DNA of 58,537 bases, filler included, from Sphacelaria rigidula (taxonomy: Eukaryota), in NCBI GenBank assembly GCA_964200075.2. It is 7 parts of 7 records of this genome, joined end to end, with 100 filler letters (N's around TTAATTAATTAA, not from the genome) between each part and the next. Parts side by side here need not be neighbours in the genome. Positions count along the whole stretch, not along the records: positions 33,509 to 41,785 come from CAXNAA020011684.1; positions 41,886 to 50,161 come from CAXNAA020011685.1; 5 more parts are not named here. The stretch is one strand, 5' to 3'. Below are positions 36,850 to 49,355 of the stretch, in pieces. Under the pieces are notes generated by a model that was given only the letters and a program-made list of their open reading frames with translations, was not told the origin of the DNA and did not search any database. The number at the start of each line of letters is the position of its first letter. Within the stretch, counting starts at the first letter, position 1. Position numbers and translations under genes: made by a program.

Positions 36850-39800
36850 AGCCCTATGAACTTACTGCTAGTCTGACATATCTTATCAAATATACCGCTG
36901 TAGCCAGGCAGTGGTCGCATAAATACGTCCTCATTCAAAACCGACGGGTCTAAGACCTTATTCAGAGCCAAAATGACACAAACACGAATCTACTGACAAG
37001 CTGGAGCTATCAACAAACGAGCACTTGAAATGGCCACATTGGGAGCATAATATGCCCCAAAATCTATCCCCGTCCTCTGCATCTCTCCTAAGGTCAAAAA
37101 CGTCGACTTCATCTCCGTGCCCCATTCCATTTTATCGACTTCCTCGTAATCTCATGCTATCCTAGTGCCCCTCTTCTCCCTTGGCCACCCATACTTGACC
37201 GAATAGGGACGCCTACGCGCCCCCCTGCTCTATTCGACCGACACCGACGACGCCACGCGTACAAAGGTGTCGCCGGCAGAGTCGGTGTGCGTGCTCACCC
37301 CCCTGCTCTATTCGCCCGGCACCTATGACGCCACTCGTGAGACGGTATAACCAACAGAGTCGGCGGCAGCGGCAGCGGCAGCGGCAGTTGTTGTTGTGCT
37401 GTTGGCGGAGTCATTGGCGGAGCCAGCGACAATGACAGTGGCTGCGATGTTGGCGACGATACCAATGAAGTCGGGAGGGTATGAGGTAGCGGTAGCGGCT
37501 GCGATTTTGTCGGTGCGGTAGGTGTTAGTGGCGGCGGCGAGACAGTATGGTGAGGTCGCGGTGACGGGACGGTATGATGTGATGGTGGCGGCGCGGCGGT
37601 ATGATGAGACGGTGGCGGGTGGACAGTGGGGTATAACGGCTGCGCCGCGGCTGTACAATATGGCGGCGACGGTACAGTGTGGTTTGAAGGAAATGACTGT
37701 GGCGTCAAAGGCTCGGGTTTTACTGAATCAGTGGCTGCGGGGATGCCGGCGGGTCGGCGACGGTACTAGCTTCATAATCCCCCTTCTGGCGAGCGGCATC
37801 GACCAACGGCGGTTGCAGAAGCTGCATACGCGGAACAGCTCGCATAAAAAGAACATCGCTTGCCGAGGAAGCGGAGAGGATACAAACACCTGAGGGGTCA
37901 CGCATAACGCTTGTAGCGGACGCGGGCCGAACAGAGACACCGAGGGGGGAAGACACACCGCCTTCGGCGGAGATATGGCGTGAGCCACCACTGGGGTGAC
38001 AGAATGAAACATCTCTTTCCTAATTCGGGGGCTCCATACAAAATAAATTTCCTTTGTACCTGACGAGCCGCTAAAGTAGCCGTAGGTGCATCATGAGCCG
38101 GTGAAGACTCCACAGTAGAACGCGAGGAGTCAGACTCAGCGGAAATGGGGGAAAGTTTCTTCAGTAGTGGGAAAATCAAACTCTACCGTAGAGGGCGAGG
38201 AATTAGACTCATCGAAAACAGGCCGGGCAGTTGTCGGTGAAGACTCTACCGTAGAACGCGAGGAGTCAAACTCAGCGGAAACGGGGGGAAACTCTACAGT
38301 AGTAGGGAAATCAGAGTAGAGGGCGAGGCATCAGACTCATCGAAAACAGGCCGGGAATTTGTCGGAGAAGACTCCACAGTAGAACGCGAGGAGTCAGACT
38401 CAGCGGAAACGGGGGGAGACCCTACATACAGTATTGGGAAGATCAGACTCTACAGTAGCGCGCGAGGACGCAGACTCAGTGGAAACAAGAGAAATGTCTA
38501 CAGTACTAGGGAGATCAGACTCTACAGTAGAACGCAAGGACGTAGACTCAGCAGAAACGGGGGAAAGTTCTACATAACTAGGGAGATCAGACTCGACAGT
38601 AGAGGGCAAGGAATCACACTCATCGAAAACAGGCCGGGCAGTTGTCGGTGAAGACTCTACCGTAGAACTCGAGGAGTCAGACTCAGCGGAAACGGGGGAA
38701 ACTCTACAGTAATAGGGAGATCAGACTCTCCAGTAGGACGCGAATAAACTCCGCTATTGGGTGATGGAAAATCAATTTCGCTCGGAGGAGGACGAGACTC
38801 TACGGGAGTAGGGGAAATATCACCTCCGTTACTCGACGTGGGGATGTTGGGCGAAGAACGGAGCTCTATAGACGCAGAAGAACCATTTTTGTAATAGCGA
38901 AATCAAGGGGTTGCGGCTGTAGGCGCTACAATACGGTCATATATTGGGAGGAGACGCGTGGCCAACTGCGATGAAGACCGCAAAGTAATGTCAAAGCGTA
39001 ATCTTCCATTGAGTAAATGTTATTCCAGTCGAAGTCAGGATGATATCATGTCACTTCTGCACGTCATGAAGGGAGAAAAAAATTAAGTTGACACCTTCCA
39101 CCACGTACACAACATCGGTCAACTAAAGGCAAGAATCTGTGGGGGGAGCAGGGAAATGTAAAGGAGAATTCATGTGGAATCTTAAATTGAGACTACCTAC
39201 TGCCTTGACTAGAAATGTGGTCCCGTCACCCATGATCACGTTCTCGATACCTTGCGGAGGGGGTCGTGAATAAAAAATACCATCCATCATCCCTGTGATG
39301 TGGTGTGAAGCACCCGTATCAGCAATCCGTTCCTTCGTATTGTCATCCCTACCCGAGGCAGTCCCACTATGTACCACACCATACTCACGCGAATCAACAT
39401 TACCAAGCCGAAAACGAGACTCGCCTTCGGGCATGGAACGCGTCATAAACAACTGCAGATGCTCCGGCTGGTGTGACGCATCGGTGGGAGGTGCTGAAGT
39501 CGAAGGGGGGGCTGCAGCTTGGTGTTGTTGGTGGTGTAGGGTGTACCGATGAGTAGGATAGTAACAAGGGTGGTGCTGGTGCTGGTGCAGTTGATAGTGT
39601 TGGAACGGGGGTTGCGGTTGCTGGTAATAGGCATGGTATTGGAGTGGCTGTTCTGGTGGTGGATATGATATGGAGGTGGCTGTTGTTGGTGGCAGGCGTG
39701 GTGTGGAGGCGGGAGTTCTACGGAATGGGCGAACCCTACGTTATCAAAGGCATTTCCGTCTTGTGAGACAAAATCGTCATCAGCGACGGAATCCTCGGAT

Positions 39801-40900
39801 CGCTGTACAAATTTCGCATGAGAGTAGGAGCTGCTGGAGGAATAATCACGAGAGGGTGGTTTCTCGCGTGATGTGGGGAACGCTGTTCGGGGCGCCTGAA
39901 ATCCCGATTGCCTTGTCGGCGATCAACATTCCTTCGCCTGTTCCCGCGTGCGCGGAGATCAACACCCCGATAACAGTATTCATTGCATTGGTGTGAGTCG
40001 CAGGATGAGGGTTGGTGGGAGGAGTCTTGGTATCGTCGTGATGATGAGGAAGATGTGGGATGTTGGTTCGAGATATTATGATACCCACTACAATCGGGGC
40101 AGCATTCTCGGCATTAAGTGTGTGAGCGTGATTGGTATCTGTAGCCTATGTATCGTGGATCGGGATTGTGGTTGTGGTGGCGGTGAACGTTGCAGCATAC
40201 ATCCGGGTTGCTTCGCCTTCAGCTCCCCCACCCCCCACTGCTCCGTCGTCCCACCGATGCGTCACTGTGAGAGGCATCATGAGCTGCAGCGGCAAGAGCA
40301 TGCTTTTTCGGCGATTCTACCCTGCTTGTATATAACTCCAGTTTGGCGTGCGCAGTTTTGATGGTGCGTTCTAATGTTGCAGTGTCAATCTTAGGCATCG
40401 CAAGCAACATGCCCCTTTGAATGTCAAAATCCGATGACAGACGGCGCACATAGTGCCTTTTGGCTTCAAATTCAGAAATCACATTACCGTATTGCTGTCT
40501 TTCGTGTGGCTTGTCAGATTTGAACTGCTCAAAAAGACTAGCGACATTCACCCAATCCCATCTCAAGATTAGTCCAATCTTGTTCCAGGCGAGCTTTCTC
40601 TGCTGTCGGGGACACGCTGTAATACTGAACAAAATAACCCCACGCCTCGCTTGGGGATCCTAGAATTGCAAGATGCTCCACTGTCTGAGGAGCTGTGATC
40701 TTGTCGATGAGTATGTCCCAAGCTCGTTGAGCTCTATCTACTGCGACATATCCACGCTGCCTTCTCAACTCTTGCTCACACTCGGGAAAAATCCGTATTG
40801 CTACCTGCGAGAACAGTGACTCGAAACACTTCTCCTGTCTGGAATAAGCAAACATCTGCAGCACGTGAAATACCCGAAACTTAGATTCAAGGCTCTCCCT
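36850..40900 (-). mobile_element. Decayed Ty1/copia LTR retrotransposon (gag-like, protease and RT remnants); LTRs not identified
   Basis: Minus strand: gag-like frames 40219-40864; copia protease RIADTGASHHITG...VIMGDGTTFLVKAVGSLNLRFH (about 39160-39330); RT QRTGIDFGAYYAPNVAISSARLLIA...LNEDVFMRPLPG (about 36890-37085). Contains frameshifts and stops. Confidence 0.8.
38100..38745. repeat. Composite tandem repeat within the copia element
   Basis: Repeated GACTC(T/C)AC(A/C)GTAGAACGCGAGGAGTCAGACTCAGCGGAAACGGGGG and GACTCATCGAAAACAGGCCGGG blocks. Confidence 0.85.
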
Positions 40901-41423
40901 CTGCCTTTAACGGTCCTTCCCAACGAGGGATACTGTTGTGGTTACGTACTCGTACAATATTCGTGTGGGCTCTTTGCCCTTTCATGTAAATATCTTGCTT
41001 TGTTCCAAAAAAAAAACCTGGGTTGCTCAATCTATCTCTGTTTACTGCAGTAGTGTGCACCGAGTTGCCCTGTGGGCCGGTACTATCAAAATGCAAGTTT
41101 TCCCCTCTCTAATATTCTGTGATGGCGTCTCGTTCCGCCGCTTCGATCAACTCTATCTGCTTGGCTTCCATCAGCCGTGATTTTTCGGTCAGCGACACTT
41201 TCTAAGATAGCCCCCCCCCAAACCAGCACAAAAGTGTAACGAAAAAAATGGCCATACAGGGCTTGATGTTGGGGTTCAGGCTGCACGAAACGCCTCATAT
41301 TGACGATATTGGTTAGAACGAAACCAAGCGTGGGAATATTCAGCTGCTCGTTGTGTTCGGCTTTCCTCATTTCGATGTGCTTGAAGATTTTGCCTCCCAA
41401 AACCATGCACTTTTGGGGGGGGG

Positions 41424-41785
41424 GAGCAATGCTACGGTAGGGGTGCACTTTTTTCGCGAAATTTTGCCTCGTTCAGGGGCTCCTAACGATTCTAGATGCG
41501 CAAAAATATGGATCAGGGCATTCCCGTTTGCAAATTCATTCGGGATATCTCCAGCACATTGGAGTAGTAATCATGGAGTACTTTCACATATTTTCATAGG
41601 TCGTGGTTTGCATGAGATAAAGGGCTCCTTACAATTCTACCTCAGAAAATATTTGTGCACCCCAACCGTAGCATCCCTCGGGGGGAGTGATGCTATGGTG
41701 GGGGTGCACAAATATTTTCTGAGGTTAGAATTGTTAGGAGCACTTTATCTCATGCAAAACGCGACCTATGAAAATATGTGAAAGT
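41424..41785. mobile_element. MITE (41424-41679) abutting an inverted second copy (41685 to contig end), forming a palindrome of about 200 bp
   Basis: TIR GAGCAATGCTACGGTAGGGGTGCAC / GTGCACCCCAACCGTAGCATCCCTC; 41580-41679 is mirrored by 41685-41785. Confidence 0.85.
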
Positions 41786-41885
41786 NNNNNNNNNNNNNNN
41801 NNNNNNNNNNNNNNNNNNNNNNNNNNNNNTTAATTAATTAANNNNNNNNNNNNNNNNNNNNNNNNNNNNNNNNNNNNNNNNNNNN
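41786..41885. other. Artificial contig linker
   Basis: Same spacer. Confidence 0.98.
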
Positions 41886-42085
41886 GGTCTCGCGGATTGG
41901 GTCACCGCTCCCCCACCGCGTCAACTCGCGTAACACAAACCCAGTCGTCTACTTTGTTTACTCACGTTTTGATGCTTTCCACGGTGGATATCATACATTG
42001 CGAAGAAAAAACCCAACGCATCGGGAATCGAACCCCCGTTCTCTCCACCCTAATGGCGCCAATCGGACCATTACACCACAGGGGC
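41886..42085 (-). mobile_element. tRNA-derived SINE family 2, 5' portion
   Basis: Minus-strand head GCCCCTGTGGTGTAATGG (A box)...GGGGGTTCGATTCCCG (B box); body homologous to 57961-58090. Confidence 0.75.
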
Positions 42086-42378
42086 GCGGCGGCGCACTAT
42101 TATTGTGCCCATTGTTCAGAGTGTGGTTCTTAACTACGGAAAGCGTCGGCATGAAATGCCCGGTACAGAGCAATGTCCTGATGTCGGAACGGTTTCAAGG
42201 GTGAAGGCAACAACAATATCTGCAACTACAACGCAAAATTGGGCACATGGACCGTGCTTCACCGACAATCCACACCCCCGCGAGTATACTAACACCCATC
42301 GACATGCTGATCGCTACAAATGTTGGGTCCCGAGGATTGGAGGGTCATGATAATGCAAGAGGCCAAGGTTCCCCCCGG

Positions 42379-42635
42379 GAGCAATGATACGGTAGGGGTG
42401 CACTTTTTACGCAGAGTCGTGTCTGCTTCAGGGGGTCCTAACGATTGTAGATGCACAAGAATATGGGTCAGGGCATCCTCGTTTGCAAATTCGTTCGGGA
42501 TATCCCTCGCACGTTGGGAAATAATCCTGGCGTACTCTCACGTATTTCATAAGTCGTGTTTGGGATAAGATCAAGGGCTCCCAACAATTCTAACCTCGGG
42601 CAAAAAAAATGTGCACCCCTACCGTAGTATCACTC
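42379..42635. mobile_element. MITE, same family as 41424-41679 (GAG...CTC termini, 4-bp CCGG duplication)
   Basis: CCGG|GAGCAATGATACGGTAGGGGTGCAC...GTGCACCCCTACCGTAGTATCACTC|CCGG. Confidence 0.85.
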
Positions 42636-43311
42636 CCGGCCTTCGCAGCCGGTGCCTCGCGTACGTGCATTTATGCTGCAATGCGAAGCGATGCCGAACC
42701 GACCACGAAAATGCCACCTGTACCTCGGCTGTACTGTTTCCCATCACATGGCGCCGAGGATATTAAAGTTCTCCGTATCCCAGCGCCGCCGGAAAAAGCG
42801 GTGAAAAGACTTGTGCCCTGTCTTTGCTTCAAATAACCTGCAACAGTCGATTGCACTGCGCAGTACTCTCACCGTATATAATGCAGCGACGGCCTTAAAT
42901 ATCCTACGCAAAGTCTAAGCGATAGATGTCGGTCACAACTACCTTCATCGCGGTAGACACGCTCCACGGTGTTGCAGGGACTGCACCAGGAGTACGGGTG
43001 GACATTACTGCCGCCAGATATTTTCTCACTGCCCACGCTTCTTGTTTATTTGTGCGGTATTCAGCAGTGTGCGCCCTCTGACATTTGCTCTGAAAAAGTG
43101 TACTGCATACAGTATGAAAAATGTGGTCGCGATACAAACGACGTGCGATACTGTATGCAGTACACCTGTCCCGACAGGCCGTTGCCCACGTGGCGAACAT
43201 TGCATACCAAGACCAAATGAACATGGCGTCAAGTCCGCAAAACGCCGATGGCGTGCTTGTCAGGGAAAGGGAAAGGTCAATATCTTCACATGGAACCATG
43301 GCGTCGCAGAA

Positions 43312-43405
43312 TGATTGATTGATTGTCGCACTTTAACTGACCCCCCAGGAGTCCAGCCGTGGTCTCGTGATAGGCGTACCCGAGAGAAACAAAAAAGTCG
43401 AACAG
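43312..43405 (-). repeat. Retroposon 3' end with (ATCA)n tail
   Basis: TGATTGATTGATTGTCGCACTTTAACTGACCCCCCAGGAGTCCAGCCGTGGTCTC. Confidence 0.75.
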
Positions 43406-44420
43406 AACGACACAGTAGACTACGTTGTATATCCGGTTGATTGTGATGGAGTAAACCTGAAACAACCTCCTCTATCATTCTCACGCCGCTGTGGTAAGGA
43501 GAACGGTAAGTCTGGCACTGCAGGAGAAGAGACATTGCCCGCTGCCGGAGCAGGTTCGCCGTGCTCCTCGGCTGAACACACTCTCCTCTTTGGCTACTAC
43601 TCTGCGCGGCCCCGTCTTGCCCCAAACGGCGCCTGAACCTCAACAATATGGAGAACTTTCACTGTTGAGCATTTCCCGTCTTGGTCCCAGCCTTGACCGA
43701 CAGGGGGCCGATGTAGACAACAACGCTGGCAACATATGCCCCTGGCTCCGCAAGGGTTTTATGTCATTACCCTCTACAACTAGCATTAGAAAGTGTTCTA
43801 GTTTTCGGAAGAGCTTCAGCGTTGGGCAAAATCATTGTTTCAGGCCACGCTGCGCCTAAAACGCATTGGATAGTCGAAACTGCTTCGTCGACAACTGGCT
43901 TCGGCTTCAACCCACACATACATCAACTTGCAGCTTCATCAGACGCCAGGTGCGCTGTGTTGGGGCGCCTATTCTCCAAAAATACCGCCTCCATATTGTT
44001 GAAAAAGGAAGTAACACTGGCGTCTCGCGCCATCGCGGCGGAACCGAGGGAAAATATGGTTCGGGAAAACAGTAAGATGGGCCCGCGCATCATGTCTTGC
44101 CGTGGTACGATTACGATTATATATTCTTGGAAACAAAAATGACGCGATCACACGAAGAACCCGTGCCTGGGCGACTTGAACCCCTTTCAGACTTGTGTGA
44201 GACTTGTCACTCCTCACGCGTAAGACTGTGTCTTACCGTGTCTTGACAAGAACAAAAAAATAAGCGGGCGAAGGAGCAAGAGTCCACAAGCAGTATTTCG
44301 ACTAGTCGCCGCAACCAACGTGCTATTTTACTCTTGGACGCTTGTTCCTTTCCCCGCTTCTTTTGTCGGCCTCGATATACTACAGACTGTAGGAGTAACA
44401 CGGAACACACAGCCTGGCTA

Positions 44421-44882
44421 CGAGCTGGAAAAAATTAACCTGACCCACTTTCTCTTGTTAATTATGCCTTAGAGAGCGCCCACAGAAGATTTCAATACAC
44501 GAACACCAAACGTGGGCCGGTAAATGGTCTGCAAAGTACTGTTCCGAATTTCTTCTGACCCTGTCACCAAACGGCCCATTATACGGCCAATACTTGGAGT
44601 TGCACCCTGAAATTTGGTATGGACAATGAGTAGGGCTTAATAAAAAAAATTACTGGCGTAAACAAGGGATTTTTTTTTCATGAGTTGGGGGCATTTTACC
44701 GATATCTGAAAACTGATTATTGCCCCTGACTCATGAAAAAAGGAAAAATCCCTTGTGTACGCCAGTATTTTTTTTTACTATGCCCTCCTCATTGTACATA
44801 CCAAATTACAGGGTCCAACTCAAGTATTGGCCGTATAATGGGCCTGCAAACTGCAGAATCGCTTCTCGGCTGGCCCAGCTCG
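44421..44882. mobile_element. Tc1/mariner-like MITE (TA target duplication) with an internal hairpin of about 120-bp arms
   Basis: TA|CGAGCTGG...CCAGCTCG|TA; arms about 44573-44693 and 44721-44844 are near-perfect reverse complements around a 27-nt loop. Confidence 0.8.
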
Positions 44883-45233
44883 TACAACCACGCTATTCAA
44901 ACGCGGGGGGGTATCTATCGCCCGGGGCCATTACAGGCGAATGTGGTTTTGAACTGATTTTTTTCGTCCAAGTACAACAGTACAGTATGACAGGAGATGA
45001 CAAAGCCTTTATCGCCTTTAATAGGGTTTAGCTACGGCACAGAAATAGGACTTGTTGACTGTACCCTATCCTCGATCACACTCTTTCAATCTGTACACTT
45101 GCCGTTGTGGTACTACTGCTCATGTGATCGTGTCAGACACGTACATGCCGTACGGCCGGCAAGCACTTGAAGTTTTCCAAACGGGTTCATTTATGTCAAA
45201 CAACTACGGCACTGGAATATCCACACCACGTAC

Positions 45234-45769
45234 TGTCAGCAAAAGGTGCGCCGTAGGGAAGCCCTGGAGAACACACAAACACAAACACAAAGCAATCGCT
45301 GTCTTCGAACACCGCCACGGCCAGAGAGCGAGGCGGTGGAGGCACTGTGTCTGTACTTGTTGAGGAAATCGAAGAAAGCACGAGGCCTTCACCCTGGTGC
45401 GTTCTTCACGGTAGTCTCATGAAATGCATTGGCGTGTGGCCTGATGTGGCGAGCAACATCGTATCGTGTACAAACCTTGTCCAAGAGCATAGACACCCCT
45501 TCGGCCTTCCCGGTGTGACACGCGTGCATGAGCAAGGTAATGCCCGATGGATTGGTCGCTGCGAGCAACGCCACCCTTTCAGTCTCCTCCTTAGCGTCAA
45601 GCAATGCTCCTGCCGTTGCCACATCCCCCGCCCCTATGCACGAAAATAAATCTTCCAGTGCCTTGCTGTCTTTCGCCGCTTTGTGCTTGCCTGCTGTTGC
45701 CGTTGCTGCTGCTGATGGTGATGATGACGATGGTGAGGGTGTATGCGACAATGTCGCCCCCCCGGGCAT
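45234..45769 (-). CDS. Ankyrin-repeat protein, 5' exons (45769-45476; probable micro-exon 45263-45234); downstream exons not resolved
   Basis: MPGG...LFSCIGAGDVATAGALLDAK...TNPSGITLLMHACHTGKAEGVSMLLDK|gtttg matches the ankyrin consensus G-T-L-AC-G-V-LL-G; the next in-frame exon ctccag|GFPTAHLLLT|gtacgt supplies the G of LLDKG. Confidence 0.7.
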
Positions 45770-47516
45770 GGTGACTGCGGTTTAGCCGTGTGCTTGTGAT
45801 GGACTACTCAAGGATAGTACCTTGCGTCTCCGTTACTGTTATGCAAGGTAACAGACATGAGAAAAAAACGTTGGATGTTGGCCAGCGTGAGCGTGTTACA
45901 TACAGAAGTGTGTTGGAGACAGAAGTGGGTTGTGGGTGTCGCGGCAACAAGATTCAGGGTTGGGACCTTTACATGCACAACAACAGTAGTGCCGAATCGT
46001 ATCCGGTGGTGGCTGCCAAGGCAAGAGGGGTCCTCGGATTGAATCCATTTACGGGGCAAAACTATATCAACCAGCGAGTCAGTGGTCGTGGTACAAGGCA
46101 TGTATAGCACAGACTCCTGTTTGGTCTCAAACGACGGCCGTACTGCTGCTTTTTGTCTGTACTGATGCGGTCGATGTGATGTCAGTGATGCACAAGACGG
46201 TATTCGTTGTTCACCGAGATCCTGCCTGAAAGATTCCTGCACTCTCGTGTACAACAGTCATAGACGTAGCTGTGCACTGCTTCTGGTAGCATCGCGCTTT
46301 GGAACCTGAAGGCCAACCTTCAACTTGCACTCGCTGCTCAGCTCGGGTGGGTTCCCCACACTTGAATACATCACATTACCACGCAGCAAGTGAACAGTCT
46401 TGAATAGGCATGGGCACGACGGGGGTGAATCCGTTCATCACAGGAGAAGGATCAATCAATGCCATGCATAGTGGCGACGCTTGCGAGATGAGTAAAGAGT
46501 TGTGTAGAGCTACCGACAGCACTGAGGCCACTACTATATCATACTTGAGTGTCGTGTGCGGCGCATCGCCTGTTATTTTTGTTTATTTAGTGACTGCTCT
46601 TGAAGTACTCGTAGAGAACGGAGACATGCATATCAAGGAAATAGAGGCAGTCCAACTTTGGTGAAAGCAATGACCAAGTGAGGTAGGTTGAGACATCAAA
46701 AATGTATTGGGAGATGGATATATTGTACAGATACTTGTATGTCGCTGCTTTCGTTGTGTTTAAACCCTACTGGGCATAGAAACAGTACGAGCCAATCTAT
46801 CATACCCACACCCGTGCCTGACGGCACACCCTGCACCAGCAACAACAGTACAGGCAGTGTACCATGCAGAGACAAGTGTAGAGTGCAGAGTACAACAAGT
46901 ACAATCTCGCTTGGGGCTACATTGCTGCCGAAAGGTCGTGTGTCGACGTGCGATATGCACAAAACGCACCTAAAACTCTTTCGTCGGTGGATAAAATGGC
47001 CACAACAGCTCCGCGCTAGAGCTAGATCCTCTGCTCCTTCCTGTCACGCCTTCCTTCCTCAATCTCTGAACGGACGTCGGATCGTTCAGCTCTCCGGGGA
47101 CAAACATTCAGACAACACTGCGGCGGTCACTCACTACCGACGACCGCATTATTGTTTTCCCCCAGTGTTTCTTTTTTCGGTCGAACCGAAATAATCGGGT
47201 CCGGACACCAGAAAATGACACGTTTCTACAAAGGGTTATGGTGGAACAGGATATAGACCGTAATAATGGATGGTCAATCAGGTGTCCCTATCCTCTATGA
47301 AGCAATAGAAATATACAATCTCCAACAGAAAATATCGTCGGGGTAGAGCGATGCTTGTGCCAACATTATATAATACAATGTCAAGATCTTAAAAGTTATT
47401 GGTTGTCCTTGTGTATTCTATAACGTGGGTACTAACACATCTTCTGATCTACTGTGATGGTATAGAAACAAAAGTTCGATGCCACTGCTACTTGAACCAG
47501 ACGATCATAATCAGGA

Positions 47517-47628
47517 ATGGCCGAGTCCAGCGTCGAGGAGCGACTGGGGAAGCTAGAGGCCGATGCACGATCTCAAGCAGATGCACTGGATACTGGATTT
47601 ATACTGGTGTGCTCCGTCTTTATCTTCC
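47517..47628 (+). CDS. AMT: Ammonium transporter (Amt family), first exon only
   Basis: MAESSVEERLGKLEADARSQADALDTGFILVCSVFIF-C|gtgagt resembles Amt TM1 (D-T-x-F/W-x-L-x-x-x-x-x-I/V-F-L-MQ-x-GF); strong donor. Exon 2 not found before the contig end. Confidence 0.65.
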
Positions 47629-49020
47629 GTGAGTTTCTTGAATCCGGTGTTTTCTCTTCAGCTTTCTCTAGTCCCCTGGTCTCGTTTGGGATAACTTTGT
47701 TGGTTTTTCTCCGCATGTATGCCATTGCAGCTGTTGTCGACAAAGCCGCCCACAAGAGTCCAGTAGTTTCACGCAAGACCCCGTCCCTTGTCTAGCATCC
47801 ATGGCATTTCAATGCACTGCGGTATATAATAAGTAGACAAACGCTGGATAGGAGCGCAGCGAAAGACCTTGTTGTCTGTATGTTTGTAAACATACGCATA
47901 TATCGTGTTTGTTATCTGTACATACTATGAATACTATTGTACTGGCTGCACTGTCGTTGGACTGGCTATGTCCACAATCGCAATTTTGAAAGGCGAGCTG
48001 GCTTTTTTTCGGACATGAACGTCACCTTTGCGTTTGGATACAGACAGTACCTGTCCTTTCTCGAGCTGTACCTGCTGTGAGCTGTGAGCTGTGAGGTAGA
48101 GTTATAGTAGAGGATCACCCCAAGATCATTTGGAGGAGGGCAGTCTCTCATGAGTTACGGTACTGTCTGTGCTGTCTGTGCAATTAGTACAGGCGGTGAC
48201 AAAGGACCGCGCTTGTCATGTTATTCCGGTCAGTTATTCCGTTTACTGCACTGTTGGATTGTAAAAGGGGATGCTGATCTCACCGTATCAACCAAAACCT
48301 GTTCAATGACTGAGCACAGTCAGATACGTGGACCAAAATGAGGTTGTCACGCAAGTCAAGCTGTAAAATCCAATCACTCCCGTCTTCCACGAGGTAGTGA
48401 TATGGAACGGGGTTGATTTTAACACCCTCATTCCTGCCGCTTTTGCTGTTGCGATGTACCGTTCCCCTTATCCCAATGGCAACAACGAGATGAGTCGATG
48501 CAGCGGTATAACTTTTCTACCCTACTGGTTGGTTGCGGATCGATCCCTTATAATTCTATACTAGATGCCCATCTTCGTGCGAACGGAGGAACATTCCGAT
48601 GAGAACGGAGGTTGGTTGGGTGGGCTGTTGGTGTCATGATCACACATGAGCACCGCACACCCGAGGTGCACAGGAGAAAAGAGAGATTCACACAGCTATG
48701 TAGCTACAGTATGTCTCCCAGCATCAAGTCGAGTGAGCAGGCATGGATCCATGGGCGGGTTGTGGTAGTGCGGGCACGGATTGCAGTAAGACCGCCATTG
48801 CTATGAGGCGAGCGCACTGTATGCACAGGAGGTGTTGGGTGGATATGTGTGAAGCTGGTGTGTGAGCAGAGAGGTGTCCTAAGATGAGCAGTGGTGTGCC
48901 GGGAGGACTGCTATTATCTTTTTTTGCTTGTGACGCGCTGGTATGTCCAAGTGTTGTCACGTTATGACATTCTCATCACATTATTACATTCTCATTACAT
49001 TATTACATTCTCATTACATT

Positions 49021-49355
49021 TTGGGGATATACCTCTACACGAGCATCGCGATGACCCACTGCGGCGGCAATGTACAATGTACCACTCGCTGTCTGCTTGT
49101 CTGCTTGGAGCTGAATTTCTCTGCTGCTGTTCTATCCGTCCCGGCGCTACTGTTTATTCCTGCGCTGTTATTACGTGCACTACAGGTGTGACTCGAGTCT
49201 GCGAGCCAATCACAAGCATTTTTCACTACATAATTCACCACAAAAGTCGCATTTCATCGGCGCTAGATTCCGCCGATTCCTCACTGAAAGGCCTCTGATT
49301 GGTTGAAGTTCATATTCCACTACAAAAATCTATCCCCATGTATGGGCGTTGTGCT
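49021..49355. repeat. Dispersed repeat of about 330 bp (copy of 31581-31910)
   Basis: Collinear similarity including AGCCAATCACAAGCATTTTTCACTA and TCCCCATG. Confidence 0.8.

Noticed and set aside
42010..42085. Possible tRNA gene (A and B boxes, minus strand)
   Set aside because: Acceptor and anticodon stems do not pair; it continues into a dispersed repeat body, so it is a SINE head.
42680..43300. Candidate downstream exons of the ankyrin gene
   Set aside because: Several AG...GT windows exist but none gives a convincing in-frame ankyrin continuation.
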